The notes: a model not told the origin generated them from the letters alone. 64,000 bases of DNA from an uncultured virus (IMG/VR IMGVR_UViG_3300010885_008506) (IMGVR_UViG_3300010885_008506:1-64000), one strand, 5' to 3'. Counted from the stretch's first letter, positions 19,167 to 30,070 are shown. Translations and numbers: made by a program.

Positions 19167-22100
19167 TTAATTAGTTATTGTTGCTGGTGTTACGCTTTCG
19201 ATAATCACAATATCGTCTACTGTGACATCATGTATCAATATTTCATCCGGCATACTTGTTATCTGGAACAAGTCGCCAAACTCGCTTGATGTGTTTTCTG
19301 GTACAATGACCACACTACTTATTAATCCTGTTAACTGCAAGTGTACAAATGCTGCTAGTTCAGTGAAGTAGAATGTATCGCCAAAGTCATAGTTTGCATT
19401 AGCAAAGAATACGTCAATTGCACTTACAATTCTGCTCTTAATTTCATTGTCACTTACCAAGCTTGATGAATTACGCACCACTTTAAACTTAGCACGTTGT
19501 CCAGGATCTGCCTTAGAACCAAACAGTATCTTAAAGTCTACAGGATGATAGATGATATCATCGCTCATGCCCTTAACTGTTTCAATACTGCTTAACAAGT
19601 CGCGCAGTTCTTGACTTGTTGGCGCTGTTGGCTTAGTTAGATCATTGCGGTCAAATTTTAACCAGTTACGCAAATCGTTGTTATATGTCTTGGTCATTAC
19701 ATATATGTCAATCAGATTGCTTAGTGCTGGATCAATTCTACGTGTGTCTGCTGCATTGTGTTCATACTTAAATTGCAATGCTTCACGACCATAGTACGAC
19801 TTGTAAAGACTTGTAGAATAGTATGTTGCGTCAGTTTCCTTCCACACATATAGTTTTTCAGTGTCGCGTACATAGATTAGTTGTCCATCTACATAAGGAT
19901 CTAGATTAGGATCTGTTGAACCAATGTTTGACAAACTGTTAACAACAACAATGTCGCTAGTTGTACGTAGTCTCCAACGATAGAAACCAGTTGAGTCTGT
20001 GTAGCGTTCAAACACTACCACAAAGTCACCGCTGGTAAATCCGTATTGTTTAGTTGCACTAGGTGCAGTTGTGTTAACAAGCTTGTTAAAACTATCTAAG
20101 TCGTCTGGTACCTGATCATTATTTTCGTCCGCAAAACTTACGCGAACTTCTTGTGGGTTCGCATATCCGTCAATGTCTTGTATATTGTCAATGATATGAA
20201 ATTTAATGTCCTTGCTATATGCGCGATCACCGTTGCTCCAATCGCTGTTAGTCTTTAGTACTACAACTTGGTCGCTTACTACCTTGCCTGTCAATGGATC
20301 TTTAATCAACTGTGAACTGTCAAAGTAGAACTTATTTTGATCTTCACTTCTAAAGATAGTTTGTAGCAAGCGAACAGTACCCTTGTATTGTTCGTTACGA
20401 TATTCAAACTTCATTAGCCAGCTAGCATCTGCATTAGTCTTAGATGTGTTTTGTGCGTAGTCTAAGCTAAAATCTACATTTGTGCTTAGGTCTCTTGCGT
20501 CAATATAGTACCATATAGAATTTAGTCTATCGTAGCCTATACCAAAGTCTACTTGATTTTGTATAGCATCTAAGATAGTTGATTCTAGCGAGCCTAAGTC
20601 ACGACTCATTGCAGGCATTGCTTCCGACAAAATAGAATTTGTTGGTACTACGTCGTTGAATGCAATTGGGCCTGACCCATCGGACAATGCGCCTGCTCCG
20701 CTATTGCTGCCGTCGCCTATCAAATTCATAATCTTAACCCAAACGTAAGATGGCTGCACAAATGTTAGCGTTATGTTAGGATTAGTTATTGTGGCTGCTT
20801 GACTTAGCGTTATTGAGTTTGTAGTGCCTGCTGTAACTGCAACAACTGTTGTGTTTGATGGGATACCCGAGCCCGATACATTCATACCAACTAGCACATT
20901 GGCCACTGAATTTGTAGTAGTCACTGTAACACTAGCATTTGATAATACGCAAGTATTAACTGTATTTGTAGATCGTTGTAGTGTACGAGTACTGTCGTAG
21001 TAATAGCCATTAGGCGCAATAAACTTTAGCAGTGTGCCTTTAGCAGCAGTATTAGTAGGATATGAACCTGCTTCTGGGCCAAATGCTCTAGCTGCGCCAA
21101 AGCTATCTACAAAGTAACCATCGTATATGTTGTTTGAATTATGCAAACCATTCCATAGTAATCCCGACGACAAGAAACTTATTCTATCAAATTTTACATA
21201 GTAGAAGTTAGTCAACTCTTCGTTAACTAGATATGGTCTGATTGTGTTTTGGATCACACTGTTAATTTCGTTAGCAAGGTCCGACCATGCAAACGTAAAT
21301 GTTTCGTTGTAGTCCTTTTGATAGATGATACCGTCATCTGCAAACAGTTTAATTGAACTGTAACGTCCGGTTGGGTCAACTACGTCTAAGTAACGGTTTG
21401 TACCTGAGCTTGTACGATTTACTGCCTTAGCTTTAAGTACGTTCTGGCTTGTGATCACCGGATAGATGTTATAGTCTTCGCCCGTGATCATTCTATTCTG
21501 TGTGTAATATGCTTGTGGTGCGCGAGTCTTGATATCCGTAAAGCTTTCTGCGGGACTACTGTTACTTACGTTGGTGCGTAACGCAAAATTCATATTCATT
21601 GTGGCAACTTGTCCGTTCTTAGTTCGAACATTTATTGAATTTGTTACACGCGGCATGTCAGATGTTCTAATTTGATATGCTAGACCGTTGCTAGTGCGAT
21701 AGTAGTAACGGAAGTTTCCGTTAGGGATGTCGCCAAATGTGCCGTCGGCAAATACTAAGTCTACGCCATCATTGTCACGACCAACCGTGCTGTACACCTT
21801 GCGAATATTGCGGGATAATGAATTATAAATGATGTTGTTGCCGCTAATTTCTGAAATGTTTCTCCACAATGCTGTGAAGTTACCGTCTGCACTTAATTCA
21901 AACAGCCATGTGTCTGTATTATTGATGCCCGATGTATTAATACCTAATACTTGGTTAGGCAACGCATCTGCAATTCCAAAGTCTGCACTACCTAGTGTGC
22001 CCTGCTTGAACATTACGAACCAGCCAGTGTTTGGACTACCGTTGCCCTTGCCGTCATTGCGATACAGCAAGCTAAAACCGCTGTTTGGCACAGGTACACG

Positions 22101-22769
22101 TTCTGTTAGTGTACCGTCTGTGTCAATATATGCGCCTACCATTTCAAAGTTCATGTTAACGCCGCCCACTTTCTGTGCAAACGGTAGTACTGGACTTGAA
22201 TTTAGGCTGTTGATCTCATACAGGTCTGTAGTAACGCCATTAATCACAGCACGACGAGCAGGCTTACCCACGCGCTGGTTTGTGCTCATTGCTTGACCTA
22301 CAATAATGTTAAAGTGTTCTTGAAAATCAGGGTTAGTTGCATCGTTCCAAGTAATGGGTAAATTACGTAGGTTGTTACCGTTGCTGTCCACTAGGTCTTG
22401 TGTCGTGCTTATAGTGGTAAGCTTGAGCATGCCGCTAGCAGGAATATTACGCTTTGGGGTATAGCCCACCAGACGCGCCATTCTAATAACGCTGTCACGA
22501 CGTGTTGCAGTATCGATGAAGTTTTCACGACTGTTTAGGTCTATTCGAAACGCAATGCTTTGTCCCATGTACGCCATCATGTCGATTAGCGCAACGAATT
22601 CACTGCTTTCAATGAAGTCGTTAAAGTCTTCGGGGAAGTTGGTCTTTACGTAATCTAGCAATACTCTGCGTAGATTATCGAAGTCATAGCTGCTTAGATC
22701 AATCTGACTAAACGCTTGATATATCTTTTTCCAATCTTCAACTGCAAATATTTTTGATACGTCACTCAT
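19167..22769 (-). CDS. gp6: Baseplate wedge subunit, T4 gp6-like
   Basis: YDFDNLR...FNDFIESSEFVALIDMMAY...ENFIDTATRRDSVIRMARLVGYTPKR; FADGTFGDIP; ES..DIKTRAP..YYTQNRMITGEDY; adjacent to gp25. Confidence 0.85.
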   Translation of the reverse strand: MSDVSKIFAVEDWKKIYQAFSQIDLSSYDFDNLRRVLLDYVKTNFPEDFNDFIESSEFVALIDMMAYMGQSIAFRIDLNSRENFIDTATRRDSVIRMARLVGYTPKRNIPASGMLKLTTISTTQDLVDSNGNNLRNLPITWNDATNPDFQEHFNIIVGQAMSTNQRVGKPARRAVINGVTTDLYEINSLNSSPVLPFAQKVGGVNMNFEMVGAYIDTDGTLTERVPVPNSGFSLLYRNDGKGNGSPNTGWFVMFKQGTLGSADFGIADALPNQVLGINTSGINNTDTWLFELSADGNFTALWRNISEISGNNIIYNSLSRNIRKVYSTVGRDNDGVDLVFADGTFGDIPNGNFRYYYRTSNGLAYQIRTSDMPRVTNSINVRTKNGQVATMNMNFALRTNVSNSSPAESFTDIKTRAPQAYYTQNRMITGEDYNIYPVITSQNVLKAKAVNRTSSGTNRYLDVVDPTGRYSSIKLFADDGIIYQKDYNETFTFAWSDLANEINSVIQNTIRPYLVNEELTNFYYVKFDRISFLSSGLLWNGLHNSNNIYDGYFVDSFGAARAFGPEAGSYPTNTAAKGTLLKFIAPNGYYYDSTRTLQRSTNTVNTCVLSNASVTVTTTNSVANVLVGMNVSGSGIPSNTTVVAVTAGTTNSITLSQAATITNPNITLTFVQPSYVWVKIMNLIGDGSNSGAGALSDGSGPIAFNDVVPTNSILSEAMPAMSRDLGSLESTILDAIQNQVDFGIGYDRLNSIWYYIDARDLSTNVDFSLDYAQNTSKTNADASWLMKFEYRNEQYKGTVRLLQTIFRSEDQNKFYFDSSQLIKDPLTGKVVSDQVVVLKTNSDWSNGDRAYSKDIKFHIIDNIQDIDGYANPQEVRVSFADENNDQVPDDLDSFNKLVNTTAPSATKQYGFTSGDFVVVFERYTDSTGFYRWRLRTTSDIVVVNSLSNIGSTDPNLDPYVDGQLIYVRDTEKLYVWKETDATYYSTSLYKSYYGREALQFKYEHNAADTRRIDPALSNLIDIYVMTKTYNNDLRNWLKFDRNDLTKPTAPTSQELRDLLSSIETVKGMSDDIIYHPVDFKILFGSKADPGQRAKFKVVRNSSSLVSDNEIKSRIVSAIDVFFANANYDFGDTFYFTELAAFVHLQLTGLISSVVIVPENTSSEFGDLFQITSMPDEILIHDVTVDDIVIIESVTPATITN

Positions 22770-22787
22770 AAATTTACCCTGTGTCTT

Positions 22788-22795
22788 TATTTATA
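22788..22795 (-). promoter_or_regulatory. T4-type late promoter TATAAATA
   Basis: Exact match 19 nt upstream of the gp6-like start codon. Confidence 0.7.
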
Positions 22796-22822
22796 TTAAG
22801 CAAAAACCAGGGTAATTAATGG

Positions 22823-23215
22823 CTACGACGTAGGTCTTATGTACCCTTCAGTTGAGAATTCCCAGCTCACTGTGTCCGACGCAGAGAATGGTATAAAGGT
22901 GATTTCGCATGCCACTCTTACACCTAGTCCGTCTTGTACTTGATCAACTGCAACAACATCTAGTCTGCAGCGCGGATCAAAACCCACAATACGTACAACG
23001 TCGTCTTCAATAGCACTCACAATCTCGTCTGTATAGGGTTCAAACAGCAAGTAGGGAATAATAGTACCAAAGTTAGGATTTTCTAGTTTTTCTCCCCGCT
23101 TGATCGAGAAATGATTAGTTAAATCCCGCTTAATTAGGTCTATATCCGTGATAGTTGTATCGGGCTTGTTAGTTAATGTAGAACTATAACCTGAAAATGT
23201 TTTGAGAAATGCCAT
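22823..23215 (-). CDS. gp25: Baseplate wedge subunit gp25-like
   Basis: 130 aa; DIDLIKRDL...IKRGEKLENPNFGTII..LLFEP...FDPR is the typical gp25/GPW pattern. Confidence 0.85.
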   Translation of the reverse strand: MAFLKTFSGYSSTLTNKPDTTITDIDLIKRDLTNHFSIKRGEKLENPNFGTIIPYLLFEPYTDEIVSAIEDDVVRIVGFDPRCRLDVVAVDQVQDGLGVRVACEITFIPFSASDTVSWEFSTEGYIRPTS

Positions 23216-23230
23216 TTGCTATAGTTATCC

Positions 23231-25675
23231 TTAATCTACCTGAGTTTTGCTACCCTGTGTAAAGTAGCCATAAGATGTTGTGCCGCTGGCATCCTTATAA
23301 GGATATGCTGCGGGTGATTTCTTCAATATCTTCCAGTGAACATACAGGCCAATTGCACCGTTACCCAAGTTATTTGCGTCTGTTGTTAACTTGCGCACAT
23401 CTTCTGCTGTTAATTGCATGCTTGGTGCAAACTTAGAGAACCCTTGCTTGTTGCCTAGACCCATGAACATCACTAATTTCAACCAACCTGCACGATCTGC
23501 ACCGCTTTCTTCACGGGCACCAGTAATAATCCCTATTGACTTCAAGCTTAAGTAGTTTGAATAGGTAGAAGCAATGATGCATTTGTCCTGTAGCGCGTAG
23601 TCTAACAAGAATCCGTTGGGTCCACCGGTGCCTAACTGAGGTGTGTTTGGCGGGCTAAAGATTGCGGCATTGTTAAATCGTGGGCATAGTATTTCCTGTG
23701 TTGCAGGAGTCCAGCTTGCTTCGCTGAGTGCAGCAGCTTTAGATTGCGTGTCCACTGTTGTTATGCCCAAACCCTTAAGTAATGACATTCCCAACTGATA
23801 TCTGCCAATGAATCCGTTTGGATTTATCATTGGGTCGCCGTTCGGCAACGTATCATAACGTCCGCGACTTGCTGCAGCAGCAATATCTTCACGGAATGTA
23901 TCAAAGTTAATGGCCATCTCGCTTACGAAATTAGCCAGTGTTTCTGTTAGTGCAAATGATTTGCTGCCCGATACTAATTTAGAAGTATCAGCGGGGAACG
24001 CAACGCCCGAACCATTGGAGAATACACTATCGCCTGTGGCTTTTCCTGTAGGTGCATCTGTTGCGCTAGTGTTTACATTAATCTCATGCGCAGTCCAAGG
24101 TTCATGCTGCGGGGTAATTGGCACATGACTTTGTTGCACGCCGCTGTTGAAAGGCTTGGGTATGTCAATAACTGCAGAAGTTCTTGAATCCTTTTGTAGG
24201 GCAGTAATAGTTGTACTAGCACCTTCGTACCAGTTCTTGCTACTAGTCCATCCTGTAACAGGATGTACATCGCCATCGTTGTCGCCATTGGTAAAGTCAA
24301 GATCAACTTTTTGGCTAAAGCTAGCAATTGTACCTGAACCTGCCTTAACTGATTCCCATATCCCACCTGCGGCATCTAGTTCTAGTTTTCCGCCTGACTT
24401 CAGGGTAATTAATCCTGAGGCATTGACTTGGAAACTAGTACCAGTTTCAAAAGTAATTTCTTTGCCTGCAGTTGTTTTGTACTCATTTACAAACTGCATG
24501 GTTCCGTTTTGTGCCTGAATGGTTAACCCACTACCGTATGAGCTAGCAGAGTTGCCCCCACCTGCACCTGGCTTTGCAATAAGTGTTAGACTATCGCTTT
24601 CTTGAATCATGTCTGGGCTACGTTGGTAGAACTTAGCTTTACCAAGATGTCGTTGCTCAACTGCTTCGGTATTAATATTACTTGCGACCACATTAAAGTT
24701 ATTTGTTGCTAGCACGTTGATGTCATTGTTAGCTGTTAGGTTTAGATCCTTCTCAGCATGTACACTAACACTGCCCTTGCCATACACATCGATACGACCG
24801 TTAGCTGTTAGTTCAACCCACGCACTACCGTTTTGATTGATAACATATACTGAACCAATAGTATCATTGATTAATACCATGCCGCCACTAGAGCTGCGAA
24901 TTCTAACCACTTGATTTTGCCCAAGTGCATCACCGTCGTCCATTACAAATTGATGTCCACCAGTTCGGCCTGTAACTGTTAAGAACTCTTGTGAGCCCGA
25001 TGTTGGTGATGGGCCTGCACGAGAAATAATCTTACCCGGTGTACTGATACCAAACACGCTAGATGGTGCTTCTCTACGCACAGTACTGGTAGTAGGTCCA
25101 CGTGCTTCGTCTTGTGCTAGTCCTTGTTGTTCAAGAATAGCAGCTTGCACCAAGTGCGGTGGTGCTTTTGTCGGATCTGAATATACTTCAGACTGTGTGG
25201 TAAAAGAACCAACAGTAACTTTGTTATATTCTGTAATAGGGTCACGGTCCGGTGATGTTGTGTTAGTTGCACCGCGTTGTGCAATACCCGGAATCATATG
25301 ATTCATTAATTGGTTAGGAACACATGCAAACCAAAAGCCTCTAGCTAAGTCCAAGTTGGCAAACATAACCAATACTTGTACGCCAATGTCCGGAGGTACA
25401 AACCACATGCCATATGATTGACTTGTGCCCGTTATATCAGCATTGGAACTAGATTTTAAATTGGTTACACCATAGAATGGCGTAGCATAACTGACTGTTA
25501 GCCAGCCAGACTGGTCTGTTGCGGGGACACTGCTAAGTTCTGGAATCCATACTTGGATACGACCCATACACGTAGGGTCAAGGTTATTCATTATGGTGGC
25601 AACATACGGCCCCGAATTAGTTAATGAATTAGATTTATTAGTATTATTAACTAAAAATGGTCCAGCCTGTGCCAC
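23231..25675 (-). CDS. Baseplate central spike, gp5/VgrG-like (OB fold, beta-helix, possible C-terminal lysozyme-like domain)
   Basis: DPTCMGRIQVWIPEL...YGMWFVPPDIGVQVLVMF (gp5 OB fold); GHQFVMDD...beta-helix repeats; C-terminal GFIGRYQLG segment. GTG start overlaps the upstream TAG. Confidence 0.75.
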   Translation of the reverse strand: MAQAGPFLVNNTNKSNSLTNSGPYVATIMNNLDPTCMGRIQVWIPELSSVPATDQSGWLTVSYATPFYGVTNLKSSSNADITGTSQSYGMWFVPPDIGVQVLVMFANLDLARGFWFACVPNQLMNHMIPGIAQRGATNTTSPDRDPITEYNKVTVGSFTTQSEVYSDPTKAPPHLVQAAILEQQGLAQDEARGPTTSTVRREAPSSVFGISTPGKIISRAGPSPTSGSQEFLTVTGRTGGHQFVMDDGDALGQNQVVRIRSSSGGMVLINDTIGSVYVINQNGSAWVELTANGRIDVYGKGSVSVHAEKDLNLTANNDINVLATNNFNVVASNINTEAVEQRHLGKAKFYQRSPDMIQESDSLTLIAKPGAGGGNSASSYGSGLTIQAQNGTMQFVNEYKTTAGKEITFETGTSFQVNASGLITLKSGGKLELDAAGGIWESVKAGSGTIASFSQKVDLDFTNGDNDGDVHPVTGWTSSKNWYEGASTTITALQKDSRTSAVIDIPKPFNSGVQQSHVPITPQHEPWTAHEINVNTSATDAPTGKATGDSVFSNGSGVAFPADTSKLVSGSKSFALTETLANFVSEMAINFDTFREDIAAAASRGRYDTLPNGDPMINPNGFIGRYQLGMSLLKGLGITTVDTQSKAAALSEASWTPATQEILCPRFNNAAIFSPPNTPQLGTGGPNGFLLDYALQDKCIIASTYSNYLSLKSIGIITGAREESGADRAGWLKLVMFMGLGNKQGFSKFAPSMQLTAEDVRKLTTDANNLGNGAIGLYVHWKILKKSPAAYPYKDASGTTSYGYFTQGSKTQVD

Positions 25676-28600
25676 TAGATAACTCCCTTAATAGATACGC
25701 TTACGGATTGCTTAACACTTGATAGTGATTTTTGCGCTAGTCCTTTTGCGCTCACTGCTATAGCATTTATGTCCGTTGATATGCTACCGGCAGATAAGTT
25801 CTTGATAGCACCACTACCTGCCAGACTCGCTACTGCAAACTTTTCTTTAATAGATGCAATTTGTGAGGAGGACAATGCACTCATAGTGCTAACATCAAGT
25901 GGCAAGTTCTTTATCAGATTAGCTGTTTGCGGTTGTGCAGCAGCAAGGGCCGCAACTGTGTCAACAGTTAACCCTGCTAGATTAGCAACTGCATCTTGTG
26001 TAAACGATGTTTGCAACTTCTTAGAACTAGCAGCTGACATTAGAGGGTTATTACTAGCCTTGTTAATTATGCTTTCTGCGGCTTTGGCTACGGTTGCGCC
26101 CGCTGCGCTGCCTGCAGATTTAGCCACAGCAGTTAGAGAAGATGCGCTACCTGGCATAGCTGACTGACCGCCTACTGCATTTACCAAAGATTTAGCTGTA
26201 GCATTTGCTGCAGTAGATAGCGACGGGCTCGCAACTTTAATACCTTTCGAGATATCAGTAATTCGATTAAACGATGCGCGAGCTTCTAGTTTAAGTTGAT
26301 CTGGCGACAATGCGCTGTTCAATTGACTTTGTATTGCATCAATTGAATCACCTGCAACTGTAGTAGCATTTGGTGCAGAGAAAGAGGTTGCGGGCAAGTT
26401 CAAATCAGGACTCTTACTTGCTAGTTCTTCAAAAGCAGATGCTAAACTGGGTTGCAATGCTGCAGAGTTTTCCGTAGTTAGTCCCGGCGCACCTGGTACT
26501 TTAAATCCTGGTAGTAGTGCAGACAGTTTGTTTGCTACCGAAGGTGTTGCTGCTGCGGCAGTCTGTATTGCTTGCCCCATTAACGCACCAACTGCATTAG
26601 ATGTAGTAGACAAATTTCCTGTGGCCGCTAACGCTTTACCATTACCCGACAATAGTGCGGGAGTCTTAGCTAGGAACGACGATGCTACGCCCGATGCTGC
26701 ACTTGTGAGTCCTCCTGCAAGTGCGTCTGTTATTGCATTAACTGAACCTGACAGCATGTTCTGTAATTGATTCTGTATGTCCGGACCTGATACTAGCGAC
26801 CCAACAAAGTTCTCTAACGCTGCTGCTGCCTTATCCTGCGTTGCAAATTGGTCAAACAATGAATTGACTATTGGTTTTGTCACATCCTTAGTTGGGTTTG
26901 GATCCAAGTTAACAAACATTACCAAATCTTTAGTTACGTTTTGATTAACACTAGCAGGCAATGTTTCTTCCAGTTCAAAGTCGCTCGGCATACCTGGAAT
27001 AGATCCTGCATCCTTAATCACCGCACTAATATCTGCCGTTGGCAATGTTACCTTAGGAGAATAGCTACTTAGAAGATTGTTTGCAAAACTTCCAGCAGCA
27101 GTTGATAATCCGGTAGACAATGTTTGTTCAAAATTAGTTAAACCAACTTGCACAAGTGATTTCAATGTGCTAGTCAGATTTGATCCACCAGGTACATCAA
27201 TTGCAGTCTTGAGTGCGGCAGTAAGTTCTTTAGATGTAGTGCTAAACTCCTTAGTTGCTTCGGCATTTTCTTTAACTGTTTGGTCTGCTTTTGCACCAGC
27301 TGCTTTTGCTTCGGGCGTAGACACAGTAAGACGCGAGTCTTTAACTGCGTTTACGTTCATAGTAAATGCTCCGCTTTCTTTAAAGTTTGCAGTTACAGTC
27401 ATATACTGATAATATCCCGCTACCATTGCATTTGATCGCAAGGTAGGATCCGGATTACCCAAAGTAAAGAGGAAGAAAGAAGTAGAGAATCCCGTAGGAT
27501 CAGCACTTCGATCTAGTACAGGTTTTTCTCTATTAGCTTCCCAATCTAGATATTGATATTTAAATTCTTCGGCTGTAAGGGCCATTTCGCTTTTGGCTAT
27601 GAGCGCCGGATCGCCTACTATTTCCATATCCAACGTAATTAAGTCTGGACTGTTAGCAAATACGCTCGGCAACAGACTTTTAAATCTCATTTCAGTTTCG
27701 TTAAAATCTTTGGGCATGCCCTTAGATGCTGTATCCCTATCGGGCAATACGTTTGCAGTAGATGACATAGAACCTGATGCACTAGTTCCGGTAGTACCAG
27801 TCTCGCCCGATGCAACAGGGGTAGTTGGTTGTCCAGATTCTACCGAACTGCTAGATGCTGCGGCGTTAGTAGAAGAACCTTCTATATAACGTGCATTCGC
27901 TGTATAAAATGTTGTATTAAAGTTTAAGTCTAAACTTAGAATATCAATATTCTTGCCGGTAAACAAATAGTTGTATCCGCGAATAGTGCTATTTTTTATT
28001 TCGTCTGCGAGTTTTTCAGGATCAGGCACTGGTCCTGCTGCAGGTGATGCCCATTCGATACCAACAACATTAAATGTTACTCTCTTCTTTAGTACGTTAA
28101 ATTGCGGATCGTATCCTAGAAATTCGTAAGTAGGATAAACCTTAATATAAGGAATGAAGGCAGGCATGCCTTCAGTTTCAATATTCTTGATTGCTTCTAG
28201 GCAATAGGTACTGTTTAGTGCTAACAGTTCAACCACAGACGTGACAGTCATTTCCTGACCAAGTTTTACTGAACGCACAGATGATGTTACACCGTCGCTG
28301 TTTGCTGCTCGCAGTACTGCCAATTGTGTTTCTTTACGTTTTTTTGCTGCTTCAATTGCATCTTTGTCAATAGCTTCTGGCTCTTGACTTGTGCTGCTAG
28401 GATCGCCGGATGACTGCTGTTGTGCGCCCGCAGTTGGATTGGTATTACCGTTTGCTCCGGCGCCAGCTTGTAGTGCAGAAATTCTTCCTGTACTTACAAC
28501 TTCCTTACCTTTTGTAACATCTTTATCTAGTTTAGCTTGTCCAAATTTTGTTAAGCGATCTTCAAGGCCATTGAAACCGCCGTTAACAATATGTGTTACC

Positions 28601-30069
28601 AGATAGGTATTAGTAAAGTCAACTGGTGTTCTGGGTCTGCCTGATTTTATGTATGATTTAGAATTTGGACGCTTTGTTAGTTGTGTTCTAACAGTGCTAA
28701 CCCAAAACCAACATGCAGATTCTGCTGCAAGATCTTCTTGTTCTAACAGTGCTGGTTCGACAACTAGATCTTTACCAAGAAACTTGCCACACTTTGCATA
28801 GTTACTCTTGCCTGTTACCTGTATATAACCTCTACCTTTGTATCGTGGTCCGTCGCCTGCTACTGTGTTACCCAAAGCTGCAGCTTTTTTTGGATTAACT
28901 GTAATATCATAATTGCGACCATTAGCAGTTTCTGCTAGAAATTTGAAGGTACCCGATTCGTGCAAGCACTGTGCATAAAATTGCGCACGTTCAGCAGGAT
29001 CCACAATACCGTACTTGTCCATTGCCGCAAGAAACTTAAGACGTCTACGTATTTTGTCAGCGTCCGTTAGTTTAAGTGGTTTTGGTACAGGCGCCTGAAT
29101 TTCATTCACTAGTGCGCCTGCTACTTGTGCGTCTGACGTTTCGGTTGGTGCTTCATACAATTGAACAATATCTTGCGGACTTTTCATTGGGCTATCTGCT
29201 ATAGACCCGCCATCTGTCAGGGTAGAACTTAATGTTCTATCAAAAAATATCTCTGCTCTCTTACCAACAGGGACAATGGAATAGGAATAGATTGTTCTAG
29301 GTGTGCCGGTGGTTTGATCCTTGGTCATCTCTTCTTGCGTGCTATTCATTTGTATCGCAAGATCTTCAAGGTAATCTTTGATTTTGTATCCTTTTAGCTC
29401 TGTTATTTTTTCGTACAAAGCACGTTGCGCCGATGCAAATTGTGCATACGTAGAATATGAACATCCTTCGATGTTATACGCAGTACCCGACGAAGAAATG
29501 TTAAAACCAACTTTAATTAGTCTGATTGGTATGTGTCGCACTGTTGATGATAGTTGTTGATATATATCGGTAGGAGACGACGCTGCATTTGCATTATTTG
29601 GGGCATTGAAAAATATAGAAAGTAAGATTGGTACTTCTTCTGTTGACGACAGTACCTGATCTTGCGTGTAATCATTTAGTACGTTAAACGCTGTTAATAG
29701 CGTTGGCAAGAAATTAACACCATTTGGTTCTTTGATATTAATTTGAATGTTGCCTCCGGTATTACCGCCACCAATACCACGTGCGCCCAATGGGATTGTT
29801 ATAGTTGTATTTTCAATAAACGTATCGCTATGCTGTTCGTTGGAACCCCAGCGATTTGGAAAGCTAGCAGTACCGCCTGTTGCTGCTATTACCACAGTTG
29901 TATTATCAAATACATCCCAGTTGTTTGGGCGACCGCCTTCTACTGTAAACTTTTTAAGGTCCTCAAGTTTGAACACACGCAAAACTATCGTGTAGTTGTA
30001 GCTATCAAACTCATGTAAGATGTTTCGATAAGGGCGAGCATCTAATCGCGGTATAGGAAGATAATCCAT
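25675..30069 (-). CDS. Baseplate hub-type tail protein with inserted GH19 (chitinase/lysozyme) domain and long Ala/Ser-rich C-terminus
   Basis: Lies between the gp53-like and gp5-like genes; GH19 motifs AQFYAQCLHES, YKGRGYIQVTGKSNY, SACWFW, VNGGFNGLEDR; hub-like YNYLFTGKNIDIL and MEIVGDP. Confidence 0.7.
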   Translation of the reverse strand: MDYLPIPRLDARPYRNILHEFDSYNYTIVLRVFKLEDLKKFTVEGGRPNNWDVFDNTTVVIAATGGTASFPNRWGSNEQHSDTFIENTTITIPLGARGIGGGNTGGNIQINIKEPNGVNFLPTLLTAFNVLNDYTQDQVLSSTEEVPILLSIFFNAPNNANAASSPTDIYQQLSSTVRHIPIRLIKVGFNISSSGTAYNIEGCSYSTYAQFASAQRALYEKITELKGYKIKDYLEDLAIQMNSTQEEMTKDQTTGTPRTIYSYSIVPVGKRAEIFFDRTLSSTLTDGGSIADSPMKSPQDIVQLYEAPTETSDAQVAGALVNEIQAPVPKPLKLTDADKIRRRLKFLAAMDKYGIVDPAERAQFYAQCLHESGTFKFLAETANGRNYDITVNPKKAAALGNTVAGDGPRYKGRGYIQVTGKSNYAKCGKFLGKDLVVEPALLEQEDLAAESACWFWVSTVRTQLTKRPNSKSYIKSGRPRTPVDFTNTYLVTHIVNGGFNGLEDRLTKFGQAKLDKDVTKGKEVVSTGRISALQAGAGANGNTNPTAGAQQQSSGDPSSTSQEPEAIDKDAIEAAKKRKETQLAVLRAANSDGVTSSVRSVKLGQEMTVTSVVELLALNSTYCLEAIKNIETEGMPAFIPYIKVYPTYEFLGYDPQFNVLKKRVTFNVVGIEWASPAAGPVPDPEKLADEIKNSTIRGYNYLFTGKNIDILSLDLNFNTTFYTANARYIEGSSTNAAASSSSVESGQPTTPVASGETGTTGTSASGSMSSTANVLPDRDTASKGMPKDFNETEMRFKSLLPSVFANSPDLITLDMEIVGDPALIAKSEMALTAEEFKYQYLDWEANREKPVLDRSADPTGFSTSFFLFTLGNPDPTLRSNAMVAGYYQYMTVTANFKESGAFTMNVNAVKDSRLTVSTPEAKAAGAKADQTVKENAEATKEFSTTSKELTAALKTAIDVPGGSNLTSTLKSLVQVGLTNFEQTLSTGLSTAAGSFANNLLSSYSPKVTLPTADISAVIKDAGSIPGMPSDFELEETLPASVNQNVTKDLVMFVNLDPNPTKDVTKPIVNSLFDQFATQDKAAAALENFVGSLVSGPDIQNQLQNMLSGSVNAITDALAGGLTSAASGVASSFLAKTPALLSGNGKALAATGNLSTTSNAVGALMGQAIQTAAAATPSVANKLSALLPGFKVPGAPGLTTENSAALQPSLASAFEELASKSPDLNLPATSFSAPNATTVAGDSIDAIQSQLNSALSPDQLKLEARASFNRITDISKGIKVASPSLSTAANATAKSLVNAVGGQSAMPGSASSLTAVAKSAGSAAGATVAKAAESIINKASNNPLMSAASSKKLQTSFTQDAVANLAGLTVDTVAALAAAQPQTANLIKNLPLDVSTMSALSSSQIASIKEKFAVASLAGSGAIKNLSAGSISTDINAIAVSAKGLAQKSLSSVKQSVSVSIKGVI

Positions 30070-30070
30070 T

